Shown: positions 38,847 to 49,341 of the stretch, one piece after another | How positions within the stretch are numbered: position 1 is the stretch's first letter | Layout of the letters: the number at the start of each line of letters is the position of its first letter | Origin: a virus | Taxonomy: Duplodnaviria; Caudoviricetes | Length of the DNA: 64,000 nucleotides | Reading direction: 5' to 3' (one strand) | IMG/VR virus record: IMGVR_UViG_3300021255_004427 | Location: 64,001 to 128,000 of that record | Notes under the pieces: generated by a model | The model's database searches: none | Told to the model about the DNA's origin: nothing | What the model saw: the letters and a program-made list of their open reading frames with translations, nothing else | Translations under genes and position numbers: made by a program

Positions 38847-40615
38847 AGATATACCCATCCCCGCATGTTGTGCGGGCTACAAAAAAACCGGGCTTTTTAG
38901 ACATCCCACTTTCTCATGTTGAAAAAGAATTTCATCCGGAAAGAATTATCACGGAAATATCCTCGGACTTTGCGGTAAGCAAAAGCGAGTATATAGCTCC
39001 GTACCAGTGGTTCACAACCAACAAGTTTATTGCGTTTAACGAAGATAAGCAGGTGGCAGAACTGCCGTTGCGATACAACAACCATAAGTATACCTACGAA
39101 CCGGCAGGATACAAAGAGTTTATGCCGGAAACATTCGATTTCTCCTTTATGGCAAAAAGAGATGATTCCTACTCCAGTATAGAAGACTATGACTTGAAAG
39201 TGGGTGTGTATGACCAGGTAGGCGCAAAGGATTTTGCATCGCAGTTAATGGCGATTTTTGGCGACGCTTCGTACAGAGGTGTGTCGCCGGCCAATGTAAA
39301 GGTCAATGGGCGGGATAAAAATCCGGAAAAGCTGCTCGTTAAAAATACAGAGAATCTCGACTGGCTCATTGTACAGACAAAGGATGCTGTAACCACAAAA
39401 GATGGAAGCGTTGCTGCTATAAACTATAGCGACCTTATGAAAACAGGTTGCAATATATGGGTTACGCTTTCCGATGAGGGAATGAGCGCGTTTATGAAAA
39501 AGAGCGAAGCCCCATATAAGCTAAAGGCAAAAGATATTGGTTTGAACGAACTGGGGGGAGAGAGAGAATATCTGTTTACCAGTAGTTATTCGTACCAAGC
39601 CAAGACAAATAATGATTATGATGGACTAGACGCAGGGCAACTCAAGATTATACTGGATGGGCGAATAAATTCCCCGATAATCATTCTTGAGAAAAATGCG
39701 CGAGGGTATATTGTTATTTCCCACGAAAGAATGTTCTCGGAAAAAGTGCTTAAATATCACGCCTCATTCATTTACAATATTTTGGTATCCGGCTACTTAA
39801 AGGGGTATGTGTTTACTCAGAATAAAGAGCTATGGATAACAAATGATGTAGTGGACTATATGGGGTCGGTAAAAACACCGCTCAGAAAAACACATCCCAG
39901 TGTCAATACGCAGGATATGATAAATGGACGGGCAAAAAAATTTAGCATAGCAGAGTATACTATCAGTAAACCGGACGTAATGCTCGAAATGATTGATACT
40001 AATGGCAACGTGCATTTTAACAAGATACTGACAACGGATCCGAAAAGACAGAACGGCGAGGTGTCGGTGTATACGACACAGGGCACAGTTATGTTCTATA
40101 AGCAGGATGAATATCTGCTAGTAGAAGATGAGGTACATTTCTTTTCCGAGATTGACGACGAAGAAAACTGTTATGTAACTATAGAGCCTTTTGTTTCGTC
40201 AAGCAACAGGTTGGTTGTAAGTCGGCCCAAGAAAATGAAGATTGAGTATCTTGATATTCAGTATGATGTTTATGCGCTCCCAATTGGTGTGGATGGCGAA
40301 TCAGAAGTTATGCTGATTGAGCACAGCAAGTGGAAAACAATGGGGGCGGCAGTAAAAATTGCCAGCATCCATGTGGAGTTTCAAGGGGAGCCGGCAGCCT
40401 ACGATATTCGGTTGTTGGGCGGCGGGTTACCATCAGAATATACAGACTACGAAATGATGGATATCGGCCACGTTAAAGGCAGGCCGTATCGTGTGGGTGT
40501 AGCAGCTGTAATAGAGCTCCCTAAAAAGTATCAGATTTATGACGAACGCATTAAGGAATCTGTAGACCGCTATAAAGTGGCTGCAGACCAAATGTACGTA
40601 ACCTATAAGGATTGA
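38843..40615 (+). CDS. Putative structural protein (start probably CTG 38843; ORF track gives GTG 38870)
   Basis: Long ORF with C-terminal DIRLLGGGLP...DIGHVKGRPYR; RBS GAAAGGA at 38827-38833 fits the CTG. Confidence 0.5.
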   Translation: MKIYPSPHVVRATKKPGFLDIPLSHVEKEFHPERIITEISSDFAVSKSEYIAPYQWFTTNKFIAFNEDKQVAELPLRYNNHKYTYEPAGYKEFMPETFDFSFMAKRDDSYSSIEDYDLKVGVYDQVGAKDFASQLMAIFGDASYRGVSPANVKVNGRDKNPEKLLVKNTENLDWLIVQTKDAVTTKDGSVAAINYSDLMKTGCNIWVTLSDEGMSAFMKKSEAPYKLKAKDIGLNELGGEREYLFTSSYSYQAKTNNDYDGLDAGQLKIILDGRINSPIIILEKNARGYIVISHERMFSEKVLKYHASFIYNILVSGYLKGYVFTQNKELWITNDVVDYMGSVKTPLRKTHPSVNTQDMINGRAKKFSIAEYTISKPDVMLEMIDTNGNVHFNKILTTDPKRQNGEVSVYTTQGTVMFYKQDEYLLVEDEVHFFSEIDDEENCYVTIEPFVSSSNRLVVSRPKKMKIEYLDIQYDVYALPIGVDGESEVMLIEHSKWKTMGAAVKIASIHVEFQGEPAAYDIRLLGGGLPSEYTDYEMMDIGHVKGRPYRVGVAAVIELPKKYQIYDERIKESVDRYKVAADQMYVTYKD

Positions 40616-40625
40616 GGCATTTTGA

Positions 40626-42587
40626 ATGATAGAGAACAAACTAAAAGTTATTGACTTCTCTGCAGCCCTGCGGTCAGAACCTCTGAACTACAACTTTGAC
40701 ATTGTTAAAGGTTGGGTAGATCGGGAAAGGCTCAGGACTGGCGGATACGGGCTGGTTGAGGGTTTTGACATTTCCTATGCGGGAAATTACTTTGTGGATA
40801 TCAGCGAAGGTATTCTAATTGACCGTGTTGGCGAGGAAATTATCGTACCGGCTACGAGAATTCAGTTTGCTCCGCCAACATACGAGAAGATTATGGAGCG
40901 GGTACAGGTTTCCGACGATGGCGAAATCCTGCTGAAGTATTGTCCATATTCTCCGAGCGCGGAGGGGCTAATCTCCGTCAATGCATACCGGGCGACAAAC
41001 TATAAAACAGAAGAACTGGTTATTAGCGACCCTAGTGGTACATTAGGAAACCTGAAGCCGATTAACGTAGACGGTCGGAAGGTGGGCGTAACCACAAGAT
41101 CCGCAGGACTCATTGTTGAGGTGGAGTATTTTTACTGCAATGACCGTATCGATGCGATTATGATTAATGACCAAGCGCAGTACAGCACGGAGTTTGGCAT
41201 TAACGCGGAGTCGCCAAGTGTGGCGAATATTGATTTGGGACCACGCTTTTTAATCGCTTTTGCCCATTGGATTGTTGGTGAGACGATTGATGTAGAGTTT
41301 ATTGTTGACGAAAGAACGTATCGCAAGGTTTACGTCGACAAGCTGAACAGACTCTTCTTAAATGGCAAGCTTTATCAGGAACCCAAGTTTATCTATTTTG
41401 TTGAACCGGAATCCCCTGAAGAAAACGATGTTTGGTATGACTACAAGAGCAATACACTGAATATCTGGTCGCAGAACGGCGGTGTGTGGGGCTGGAGAAT
41501 TATGAATGACTTCACTAATGTGCCGCTGCGCAGCGTAAAAATGTGGACGGAGAAAGATTTCCCCAGCGATGCACAGACGTTTTTGTTTAAGGATGACGAA
41601 ACGAATTTCCGATATATCCCTAACACAAACGCTCTGGAAATCATAATCGACCAGCAAACCGTAATGAAAGACCAGTTTACGGAAGTGGTGCAGGCCGGGG
41701 CGAAGCCATACCTGTCCTCTGGTATCGGCTTCAAACTGATTGAGCCCCTGGATAGACCGACAGTCGTGCAGTGTATTGTTCATCATGTGGTGAAGAACGC
41801 GCCACTTAGAAATGTATTCCAGCGGGCGGCTATATTTACGACGGAGAATTTCTTCCCCTATAACGCGACGACAAATCCTCAAAAGATTTTCATCACAGAT
41901 TTGCCCTATGTAATTAAGGCAACGCAGCTTGAAGTATTTCTTGAAGGTAGGCGGCTTACCCGCGACGTTGATTTTGCTGAAATGGTGACTAACGAGAAAA
42001 ACGCCACGGATGCAGATAAGGATAAGACGACAAAATATTTCCGGATCATGTGCAATGTTGCGGATGGCCAGCGAATTTCATATAAGATTTCGCGTTATGT
42101 TTGGAGCTATGACCAACTTAACGAGATGATGGATGAAATTGAACAGAAGGCCGATAAGGCGCTAAAGAACACAGCAACCTTAAACGATAAGGTCGATACG
42201 ATGTCAAGTAACATTGGTACGGTATTAGATTCGCTTAAGGGGCGCTTGCAGCAAGCAGAAGAAAAGCTTGATACATTGAAGGATTATCGAAAGACTGCAG
42301 AAAAGATTAAGCTTGCAGATTTGGATAGCGATCTGCGCAAGAGTCTCGTAAAATCGCGCGCGCAGCTTGTATTCAATGCTTCTAACGTTGACAACATTAT
42401 AAATGATTGCAAGAAGGAAGACTACGTAAGTATAGTCTGTGTCAATAGCGAAGGAATAACACCTCTTAACGAGGACTCTGAATACAGCCTTACTTACAAC
42501 AACGGTAAGGCCACAATAGAACTGGAGTCTGAATGGATGTCTCCAGACAATACTTTGTATGTAAACATCATCCGTATAGGGCGATGA
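40626..42587 (+). CDS. Putative tail/baseplate structural protein with C-terminal coiled coil
   Basis: 653 aa; GYGLVEGF...ISEGILID; PESPEENDVWYD; LEVFLEGRRL; coiled coil ending YRKTAEKIKLADLD. Confidence 0.5.
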   Translation: MIENKLKVIDFSAALRSEPLNYNFDIVKGWVDRERLRTGGYGLVEGFDISYAGNYFVDISEGILIDRVGEEIIVPATRIQFAPPTYEKIMERVQVSDDGEILLKYCPYSPSAEGLISVNAYRATNYKTEELVISDPSGTLGNLKPINVDGRKVGVTTRSAGLIVEVEYFYCNDRIDAIMINDQAQYSTEFGINAESPSVANIDLGPRFLIAFAHWIVGETIDVEFIVDERTYRKVYVDKLNRLFLNGKLYQEPKFIYFVEPESPEENDVWYDYKSNTLNIWSQNGGVWGWRIMNDFTNVPLRSVKMWTEKDFPSDAQTFLFKDDETNFRYIPNTNALEIIIDQQTVMKDQFTEVVQAGAKPYLSSGIGFKLIEPLDRPTVVQCIVHHVVKNAPLRNVFQRAAIFTTENFFPYNATTNPQKIFITDLPYVIKATQLEVFLEGRRLTRDVDFAEMVTNEKNATDADKDKTTKYFRIMCNVADGQRISYKISRYVWSYDQLNEMMDEIEQKADKALKNTATLNDKVDTMSSNIGTVLDSLKGRLQQAEEKLDTLKDYRKTAEKIKLADLDSDLRKSLVKSRAQLVFNASNVDNIINDCKKEDYVSIVCVNSEGITPLNEDSEYSLTYNNGKATIELESEWMSPDNTLYVNIIRIGR

Positions 42588-42613
42588 CTGGTTTAGAGGG
42601 GTAATATTGGAAT

Positions 42614-43063
42614 ATGAAAAAACCTTCAATAACATGGTTTGTGCGGCGAGACCCAGAAGATAGTTATGAGGAAACAAGTGACTTCTATGCAGGGTCGTAC
42701 AACCAGGAAGATAGCCTGGAAATAGAGTTCATGGTTTGGAATAACCGATACGGTACAGAAAGAGTGTCTGACCTTAAAGACTTCGGCGTGACTGTTTCGT
42801 TTGATCACGAGGAAGACAGCACTCTGTTGAAATATTGTCAATTTTTATTAAATGGCGGATACTATCTTATCCCGGAAGTAAATGGCAATGAAGCGACGGT
42901 TCAGTTCCCGAAGGATATAGTGCTTAGTGGCGCTGTTAACAATGGGGAATTGGGTAGCACAGATAACTACCTGACGCTTAAGATGATATTAACCGTGCCG
43001 GCCAGCAAAAAGCTGAAAATGAATGATATTAAAGGCATGACGTTTAATGTAACAAACTTATAA
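42614..43063 (+). CDS. Hypothetical structural protein
   Basis: 149-aa ORF, co-oriented within the tail gene block. Confidence 0.5.
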   Translation: MKKPSITWFVRRDPEDSYEETSDFYAGSYNQEDSLEIEFMVWNNRYGTERVSDLKDFGVTVSFDHEEDSTLLKYCQFLLNGGYYLIPEVNGNEATVQFPKDIVLSGAVNNGELGSTDNYLTLKMILTVPASKKLKMNDIKGMTFNVTNL

Positions 43064-43068
43064 AGGGG

Positions 43069-45912
43069 ATGCAGTTTTTGAGTAAAACTACAATTGGTTT
43101 TAGTGATAATAAACAGAATATCGGCGGTGTCAGTATCATCGACAAATACATAGCTGACAAAAAGCTGACGGATTTGGATTTGCGCTTGGCGGCAGAAGGT
43201 ATGCCCAAGACACTTAATCAGAAAACATTGGCATATGATCCCGCAAGCGGCCAGATTTATATCGGCGATAGCGCAGGCAAACCGATTACGGTTTCGAACA
43301 TCAAAGTTATTGTGTCCATGGATGAACTGCCTGCAACCGGCGTTGACAATGTTTTGTATGTTGGCCTCAATGAGAAAGCATTTGCGGTTTGGGACAGCAG
43401 CAACAACGCCTGGGTTAAAATGGCTTCGGATGGCTCCGGCAGTGCTGTATTGGATAAATCGGTAGAAGTATATCCGACAAAAGCAAATTTCCCGCTCGAA
43501 GGTAAGAAAGATAAATTATACATCACAAACGATGCGAAATGTTACTTCTTTGCCGACGGTGAATACAAGCCCATGTTTGAGGGTAAGGCAGACACCTATA
43601 CAAAAGCAGAGGCAGATGCTAAGTTTATTCAGGCTGCAGTTTTGGATAAAAAGGCAAATGCTGCTGACGTATACAGTAAAGCAGATGTGGACAGCTTGCT
43701 TGAAAGTGTACAAGGTGTAAAGGGTGACCGTGGTGAACAGGGCTTGCAGGGTGAACCCGGTAAGGACGGCGCTCCTGGTAAAGATGGTAAGGATGGCGTA
43801 GATGGTAAGAACGGCAAATCAGCCTATGATATTGCGGTCGAAAATGGGTTCGGTGGCAACCAGACTGCATGGCTACAGTCATTAAAAGGCGAGACTGGCG
43901 ATAAAGGCGAAACCGGAGCACAGGGACCTCAGGGCGAACAGGGTAAACAAGGTTTGCCAGGTGCTGACGGTGTAGATGGTAAAGATGGCAAAGACGGAGC
44001 AGAAGGAAAATCTGCTTACGAAATTGCTGTGAAAAATGGTTTCGATGGCACAGAACAGGAATGGTTAGACTCCCTTAAAGGTGTAGATGGCGTTCAAGGC
44101 CCGAAAGGTGAGCAAGGTATTCAGGGTGTTCAAGGTGAACAGGGCGCTCAGGGTATTCAAGGTGAAATTGGCCCGCAGGGTCCGCAAGGTGAAGTTGGCC
44201 CACAGGGTGAGAAAGGCGCTGATGGTAAATCAGCTTACGAGATTGCTGTAGCAAACGGCTTCGTTGGTTCCGAATCAGACTGGCTGGTGTCTCTTAAGGG
44301 TGAAAGTCTTAATCCTGAAAGCTACTACAGCAAAGCAGAAGTTGATCAGAAAATTGCTGACGCTGCTGCAGGCGAAGAAGTAGACCTTAGCGGATATGCA
44401 AAGGCGGATGCCCTGAATGATAAAGCTGACAAAAACGATGTTTATAGCGTTGCTGCTGCTGATGCTAAGTTTGCCACAATAAAAACGGTTGAAGAAAAAC
44501 TCGCAGAAGTATCCACCATTAAAGGCGATAAGGGTGACCAAGGCGAAGTTGGTCCTCAAGGGCCGCAGGGTGAACAGGGCATCCAAGGTATTCAGGGTGA
44601 GCAAGGTATCCAGGGGCCGCAGGGCGAAGCAGGCAAAGACGGTAAAGACGGTGCAAGCGGAAAAAGCGCTTACGAGATTGCCGTAGCTAATGGTTTTGTT
44701 GGTGGCGAAGAAGCTTGGCTTGAATCGCTCAAGGGCGAAAAAGGTGTCGACGGTAAAGACGGTAAAGATGGCGAACAAGGCCCGCAAGGTGAAGCTGGTG
44801 AACAAGGACCGAAAGGTGATCCTGGACAGGATGGTCGTGATGGTGTAGACGGTAAGGACGGCCAGAACGGCAAAGATGGCAAAGATGGTAAGAGCGCCTA
44901 CGAAATTGCTCAGGAAAATGGTTTTACGGGCACGGAAGCAGAATGGGTAGAATCCCTCAAGGGCGCAGATGCAGAACCTGTAGATACCTCTAAATTTGCT
45001 CAGAAGTCTGATTTAGAAGGACTCGCAAAAGCCGAAGATATTCCTGACGTAAGCAACCTCGCTACGAAAGATGACATTCCTGACGTAAGCGTATTGGCTA
45101 AAAAGAGTGACATCCCCGATGTGTCTAACTTGGCTACTAAAGATGATATTCCTGACCTCACCGGCTACGCTAAGACCGAGGATATCCCCAAGCAGAAAAC
45201 TCTGGCAGAACTCGGCGGCGTAACGCAGGCAGGCGTTGAGTCCATTATTCAGGCGAAAGATTTTACTTCTACTGATGTAGTACGTCAGATGATTGCCGAT
45301 GCTATAGCAAAAGCTTTAAAAGATAATGAAAATAGCGGCGGCAGCGCTACTCCTTCTGACCCCACTCCAGCAGATCCCACTCCGACTACTCCAGATACAC
45401 CGGCTGAAGAACCGAGCGATAGTGATTGGAAGTGGACGAAATATCTCGTAATGCCGGCTGGAACTACGGACATTACTGAAGACATGGATACCTTCTTCGG
45501 CGAGAAATTTAACCACCCGGATGAATTCGTTGGCGCCGACATGGATATGAAAAATACCACAACTGAATTCCGCTTTATCGGAACCTTACGTTCTCGTCAG
45601 TCTGACAAGCCCGCTTATTTAGTTGACAGTATTGATCAGGCTCCTGCAATTGGTGTAGATTACAGCAAGAAGTTTAAAGACGGCATGAGAGTTCCTATCG
45701 ATGGATTCGAAGACGAAGGAAAAGCCGCATTTGATGAAGCCCTCAAAGAAGAAAACATCATTACGACAGGTATCATGCAGTATGACGGAGAAGCGGTTTT
45801 GAACCTCAGCTACACCAGCGTTGCTTGTGACCAGTTGTATATGGTTCGTAAGATTAAAGACGGCAAGGTTATTCCTGAATTCTCGTTAGGAGAAAGAATT
45901 GACGGGAAATAA
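43069..45912 (+). CDS. Collagen-like tail fibre / appendage protein
   Basis: Multiple Gly-X-Y tracts; five GKSAY(E/D)IAxxNGFxGxxxxWxxSLKG motifs; DIPDVSNLATK repeats; Pro/Thr/Asp linker before a C-terminal domain. TTG at 43078 is the better-spaced start. Confidence 0.75.
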   Translation: MQFLSKTTIGFSDNKQNIGGVSIIDKYIADKKLTDLDLRLAAEGMPKTLNQKTLAYDPASGQIYIGDSAGKPITVSNIKVIVSMDELPATGVDNVLYVGLNEKAFAVWDSSNNAWVKMASDGSGSAVLDKSVEVYPTKANFPLEGKKDKLYITNDAKCYFFADGEYKPMFEGKADTYTKAEADAKFIQAAVLDKKANAADVYSKADVDSLLESVQGVKGDRGEQGLQGEPGKDGAPGKDGKDGVDGKNGKSAYDIAVENGFGGNQTAWLQSLKGETGDKGETGAQGPQGEQGKQGLPGADGVDGKDGKDGAEGKSAYEIAVKNGFDGTEQEWLDSLKGVDGVQGPKGEQGIQGVQGEQGAQGIQGEIGPQGPQGEVGPQGEKGADGKSAYEIAVANGFVGSESDWLVSLKGESLNPESYYSKAEVDQKIADAAAGEEVDLSGYAKADALNDKADKNDVYSVAAADAKFATIKTVEEKLAEVSTIKGDKGDQGEVGPQGPQGEQGIQGIQGEQGIQGPQGEAGKDGKDGASGKSAYEIAVANGFVGGEEAWLESLKGEKGVDGKDGKDGEQGPQGEAGEQGPKGDPGQDGRDGVDGKDGQNGKDGKDGKSAYEIAQENGFTGTEAEWVESLKGADAEPVDTSKFAQKSDLEGLAKAEDIPDVSNLATKDDIPDVSVLAKKSDIPDVSNLATKDDIPDLTGYAKTEDIPKQKTLAELGGVTQAGVESIIQAKDFTSTDVVRQMIADAIAKALKDNENSGGSATPSDPTPADPTPTTPDTPAEEPSDSDWKWTKYLVMPAGTTDITEDMDTFFGEKFNHPDEFVGADMDMKNTTTEFRFIGTLRSRQSDKPAYLVDSIDQAPAIGVDYSKKFKDGMRVPIDGFEDEGKAAFDEALKEENIITTGIMQYDGEAVLNLSYTSVACDQLYMVRKIKDGKVIPEFSLGERIDGK

Positions 45913-45934
45913 TTAGAAAGGAGTTCATTTACTG

Positions 45935-46537
45935 ATGTATTCTCAAAATGACGAACCAACAAAAAGTTTTAATGAACTTCAGTCCGACATTCTAGGCGAA
46001 AAAATCACCAACAATCCGTTGATGAAGGCCAGTAAAATGGTCGCCAAAAACAAAGCGTTAAACACTAAACAAAAAACAGTGATTAACGCAATCAACGAAT
46101 TGCTTACAAATTTAGGAGGCTCACAAGCGCAGACCGAAAAAAGTTTAGCGCAAATGTATGATGTACTCGGCGATTTCGCTCAAAAACCCGAGTTAACTAA
46201 TGAGCTTACATCTCGCGGCGTAGAAACGGTTTTGGCCCTCGCCGCCAAAGCTTACGATGATGTGCAGGTTGTTAAGAATTTAGCTCAGGATGACTACGAA
46301 GATGTATTCCATATAGCTGAGGGACAAACTCAATCCGAGTTTGTCCTGACGCATAAGCCTATCGGGAAAATCCGTATGTATATAGATGGTATCCGGTACT
46401 TCCATGAATGCATTGAGTATAGTCCTGATACAAATACGGTCAAGTGGGTTAATGACTCCTCTAAAGAAGAGGGGTTTGACATCACCGATGCTGATGTAGT
46501 TATTGAATACGATTACAGCGCGAGCGAAGAAGCCTAG
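45935..46537 (+). CDS. Putative fibre-associated structural protein
   Basis: LNTKQKTVINAINEL fibre-type motif; C-terminal EGQTQSEFVLTHKP...MYIDGIR beta-domain; RBS GAAAGGAG. Confidence 0.5.
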   Translation: MYSQNDEPTKSFNELQSDILGEKITNNPLMKASKMVAKNKALNTKQKTVINAINELLTNLGGSQAQTEKSLAQMYDVLGDFAQKPELTNELTSRGVETVLALAAKAYDDVQVVKNLAQDDYEDVFHIAEGQTQSEFVLTHKPIGKIRMYIDGIRYFHECIEYSPDTNTVKWVNDSSKEEGFDITDADVVIEYDYSASEEA

Positions 46538-46546
46538 CAACTCGCG

Positions 46547-46829
46547 TTATTTAAAACTCGGAGGTTCGACACGACAAGGTTGGCGTACAACACCAATAAG
46601 TCACTGTTTTAGACCTCCGAGTTTTTTATATTATTTAAAGCTCGGAGGTTTGCAGTATTTGACCTCTGGTGTGAAAAGGCCTACAGAAATGGCGTATTGT
46701 CACAACTACTTTGAGCTACGGCCGCACAATACGCTTTCTTCTATGGATTATCAAGAGTAGCGGGCGGCTATAGTTGGCATATCGTTATGGAAAACTCGGA
46801 GGTTCAGAAAAACTACCTCCGAGTTTTTT
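46547..46829. repeat. Intergenic cluster of AAAACTCGGAGGT direct and inverted repeats
   Basis: Forward copies at 46553, 46637 (one mismatch) and 46791; reverse copies at 46613 and 46815. The last pair forms a 13-bp hairpin followed by a T-tract. Confidence 0.85.
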
Positions 46830-46896
46830 ATAATATCCGCCCCAAAGATAGTAATATTCGAGAAGATAATCTAACGTAGAAGCAAAGAAAGGATGG

Positions 46897-49299
46897 GTGG
46901 GCGCATTGGCCACTACTACCCGCGGCATACGCAAGGTAAGCGAAAATATACTCAGTCATGGTAGAGCAATTATCGTAACTGAGAAAGATAAAGACAAATA
47001 CAAATGGAGCGAAATCCCGGTAGGCTCCAAGTTCATAGACTCTGTTACCGGCATTGAAATGGTTAAGCTGGAGGGGGAAAGTGACTGGGTTCCCAAAGGC
47101 GTCAAAAACGACGGCACAATCAATGTTGTGAAAGATAGCCGTGTTAGTATCGAGACGTTTGTTATTAAACAGCTGGAAGTGCCAGGTACGAAACGGGAAT
47201 TTACTTATTATTATGACAGTCAAAAAGATGACGCACATGTTCGTCACGGTATCATCCTGTATAAGAACGCCATGGGGATGTGTGGTGAATATGGCCAGTA
47301 CGGCACGTACCCGACATGGACAGAATGTAAAAGATATTTAATTCTGGACAATAATGCGCCGGAGAACCAGTACAAAAACACACAAAGAGTAGGTTATGTG
47401 TTTAGCCTGGAGCGGGGTGATTACGCTATGTATCGCAACCACCTCAAGATCTCCATCGATGATGTGTTGCATCGCACCGTTAAGTCTGGCGGCGTAAAAG
47501 AAGTTAGTGAAACCCGCTTCTGTCTTACAGAAGACCTGCTGGAAAATGGTATGGAGGTTACGGCGGAGTATATCCATGCTTTTAGATTAGGCAATCCATA
47601 CCCGCGCACATTTATAAACCCGAACGAGCCGGACAAAACCGCTGCAGAAGTGGGTGATTTTTGGCTGGATACGGACGGTACGCTGGCCGACGATGACCCG
47701 CTGGGCGATTATATCGAAGATGACGGTATGATTGACTGGGCGCGCATTAGACCTAAGACACGCCCAACATCTTTGGCTGGCTACGGTATTCAGGATAAAG
47801 TATCCTATGTAGGACACACGCATGTTCCTAAGGACGTCCTGGGCATTGAAACGGTAAAAGTAAATAATGCAAGGCATGCCGATACGGCCGACGTAGCCAC
47901 AAATGCGGGTTTTGCTACTAACGCGGGACATGCTACCAATGCGGACAGTGCGACGAGCGCAACAAAGGCTGCTAATGCCGATAAGGCTGCTCTTGCTACG
48001 AGAGCTTTGGATGCAGATAACGCTTCGGAAGCAAAACACGCTGCCTCGGCAACAAAAGCAAATAGCGCCGATAACGCAGCAGAAGCTAATCATGCGGTTT
48101 CCGCTAATAAGGCAAAGACCGCAGAAAATGCAGATGAAGCAAAGCATGCTGCCACAGCTTCAAAAGCTGATTTAGCCACCAAAGCTACGAATGCGGACAA
48201 TGCTGCTGAAGCTAATCATGCTGCAACAGCGACTAAAGCTGATAACGCTACGAAAGCCGCGAATGCTGAAAAAGCCGCATACGCCGATAAAGCGGGCAGA
48301 GCTGATAAGGCCGACAAAGCAGATAATGCAACCAATGCTGAAAATGCCAATAATGCTAAAGAAGCTACTCATGCGGCTACAGCCTCCAAGGCAGATAGCG
48401 CAACAAAAGCGACTTCGGCAGAAAACGCTACGCGCGCTACCAATGCCGATAAAGCGGCAAGCGCTGAAAATGCCAATGAAGCTAAACATGCTCTAAATGC
48501 CGATAACGCCAAAGAAGCAAAACATGCCGCAACAGCAACTACGGCTGATAGTGCTGCCAAGGCGACCACAGCAGACACCGCTGCAAAGGCCAATAAGGCT
48601 ACAACGGCTGACACGGCCACTAGAGCATTAAATGCAGATAACGCTGAAGAAGCCAAACACGCGGCTTCCGCAAGCAAAGCCGACAATGCTACTAAAGCTA
48701 CTAGCGCAGATAACGCTGGTTATGCAACGAAAGCCGGTACTGCAGACAGCGCGGGTAAAGCGACTAATGCCGATAATGCTGGAAGAGCCACGAATGATGG
48801 AAATGGAAATAATATCGTAAACACCTATGCTACAAAAAGCGAATTAAATACGCAAAAAGGTAGGTTAGATGGAAAAGAGTTTGTAAAGAACGGAACCACG
48901 ACAAAAACTATATCTCTTAAGTATGAAACGGAAAACGGTAAAAACGTTGTTGCGCCTTACGTAGATGGGATCAGAATGCCCATTTCTACGAAAAATATTT
49001 TTGACGTTGCGACCGGAATAACGGGATGGGCGCAATTCGGCCCCATCTTGATGCAATGGGGATACCACGAGGGTGGTACATTAACATTCCCAAAGCCATT
49101 TCCTAATTCTTGCGATTCGCTTATTACAACAAGATACGCCTCGGAAACATTAACCTGGAATGGTGTTGGAATTATGCATATCAAAAGCTTGAGCAAAACC
49201 GGTGCAACATTCCATGGCGCATCGAATGATAACGACGGTGGTACGGGGTATAGTCCAGAAGCTGCTGGCAAGCACTATTGGTTAGCAATAGGACATTAA
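46897..49299 (+). CDS. Tail fibre with long Ala-rich (A-x-x)n repeats and a gp53-like C-terminal domain
   Basis: PTSLAGYGIQD fibre motif; ~300 aa of ADNA/ATKA/AKHA repeats; C-terminal GWAQFGPILMQWG...LTFPKPFPNSC...YWLAIGH. Confidence 0.75.
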   Translation: MGALATTTRGIRKVSENILSHGRAIIVTEKDKDKYKWSEIPVGSKFIDSVTGIEMVKLEGESDWVPKGVKNDGTINVVKDSRVSIETFVIKQLEVPGTKREFTYYYDSQKDDAHVRHGIILYKNAMGMCGEYGQYGTYPTWTECKRYLILDNNAPENQYKNTQRVGYVFSLERGDYAMYRNHLKISIDDVLHRTVKSGGVKEVSETRFCLTEDLLENGMEVTAEYIHAFRLGNPYPRTFINPNEPDKTAAEVGDFWLDTDGTLADDDPLGDYIEDDGMIDWARIRPKTRPTSLAGYGIQDKVSYVGHTHVPKDVLGIETVKVNNARHADTADVATNAGFATNAGHATNADSATSATKAANADKAALATRALDADNASEAKHAASATKANSADNAAEANHAVSANKAKTAENADEAKHAATASKADLATKATNADNAAEANHAATATKADNATKAANAEKAAYADKAGRADKADKADNATNAENANNAKEATHAATASKADSATKATSAENATRATNADKAASAENANEAKHALNADNAKEAKHAATATTADSAAKATTADTAAKANKATTADTATRALNADNAEEAKHAASASKADNATKATSADNAGYATKAGTADSAGKATNADNAGRATNDGNGNNIVNTYATKSELNTQKGRLDGKEFVKNGTTTKTISLKYETENGKNVVAPYVDGIRMPISTKNIFDVATGITGWAQFGPILMQWGYHEGGTLTFPKPFPNSCDSLITTRYASETLTWNGVGIMHIKSLSKTGATFHGASNDNDGGTGYSPEAAGKHYWLAIGH

Positions 49300-49341
49300 T
49301 GCTACATAATATAGATTAAAATAAGAAAGGTGTAATAAGTT

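Noticed and set aside
46503-46760. 85-aa plus-strand ORF across the repeat cluster
   Set aside because: Overlaps the upstream gene, has no clear RBS and merely translates the palindromic arms
46540-46830. Mini CRISPR array
   Set aside because: Repeats are only ~13 nt, occur in both orientations and are irregularly spaced; no cas genes in the window
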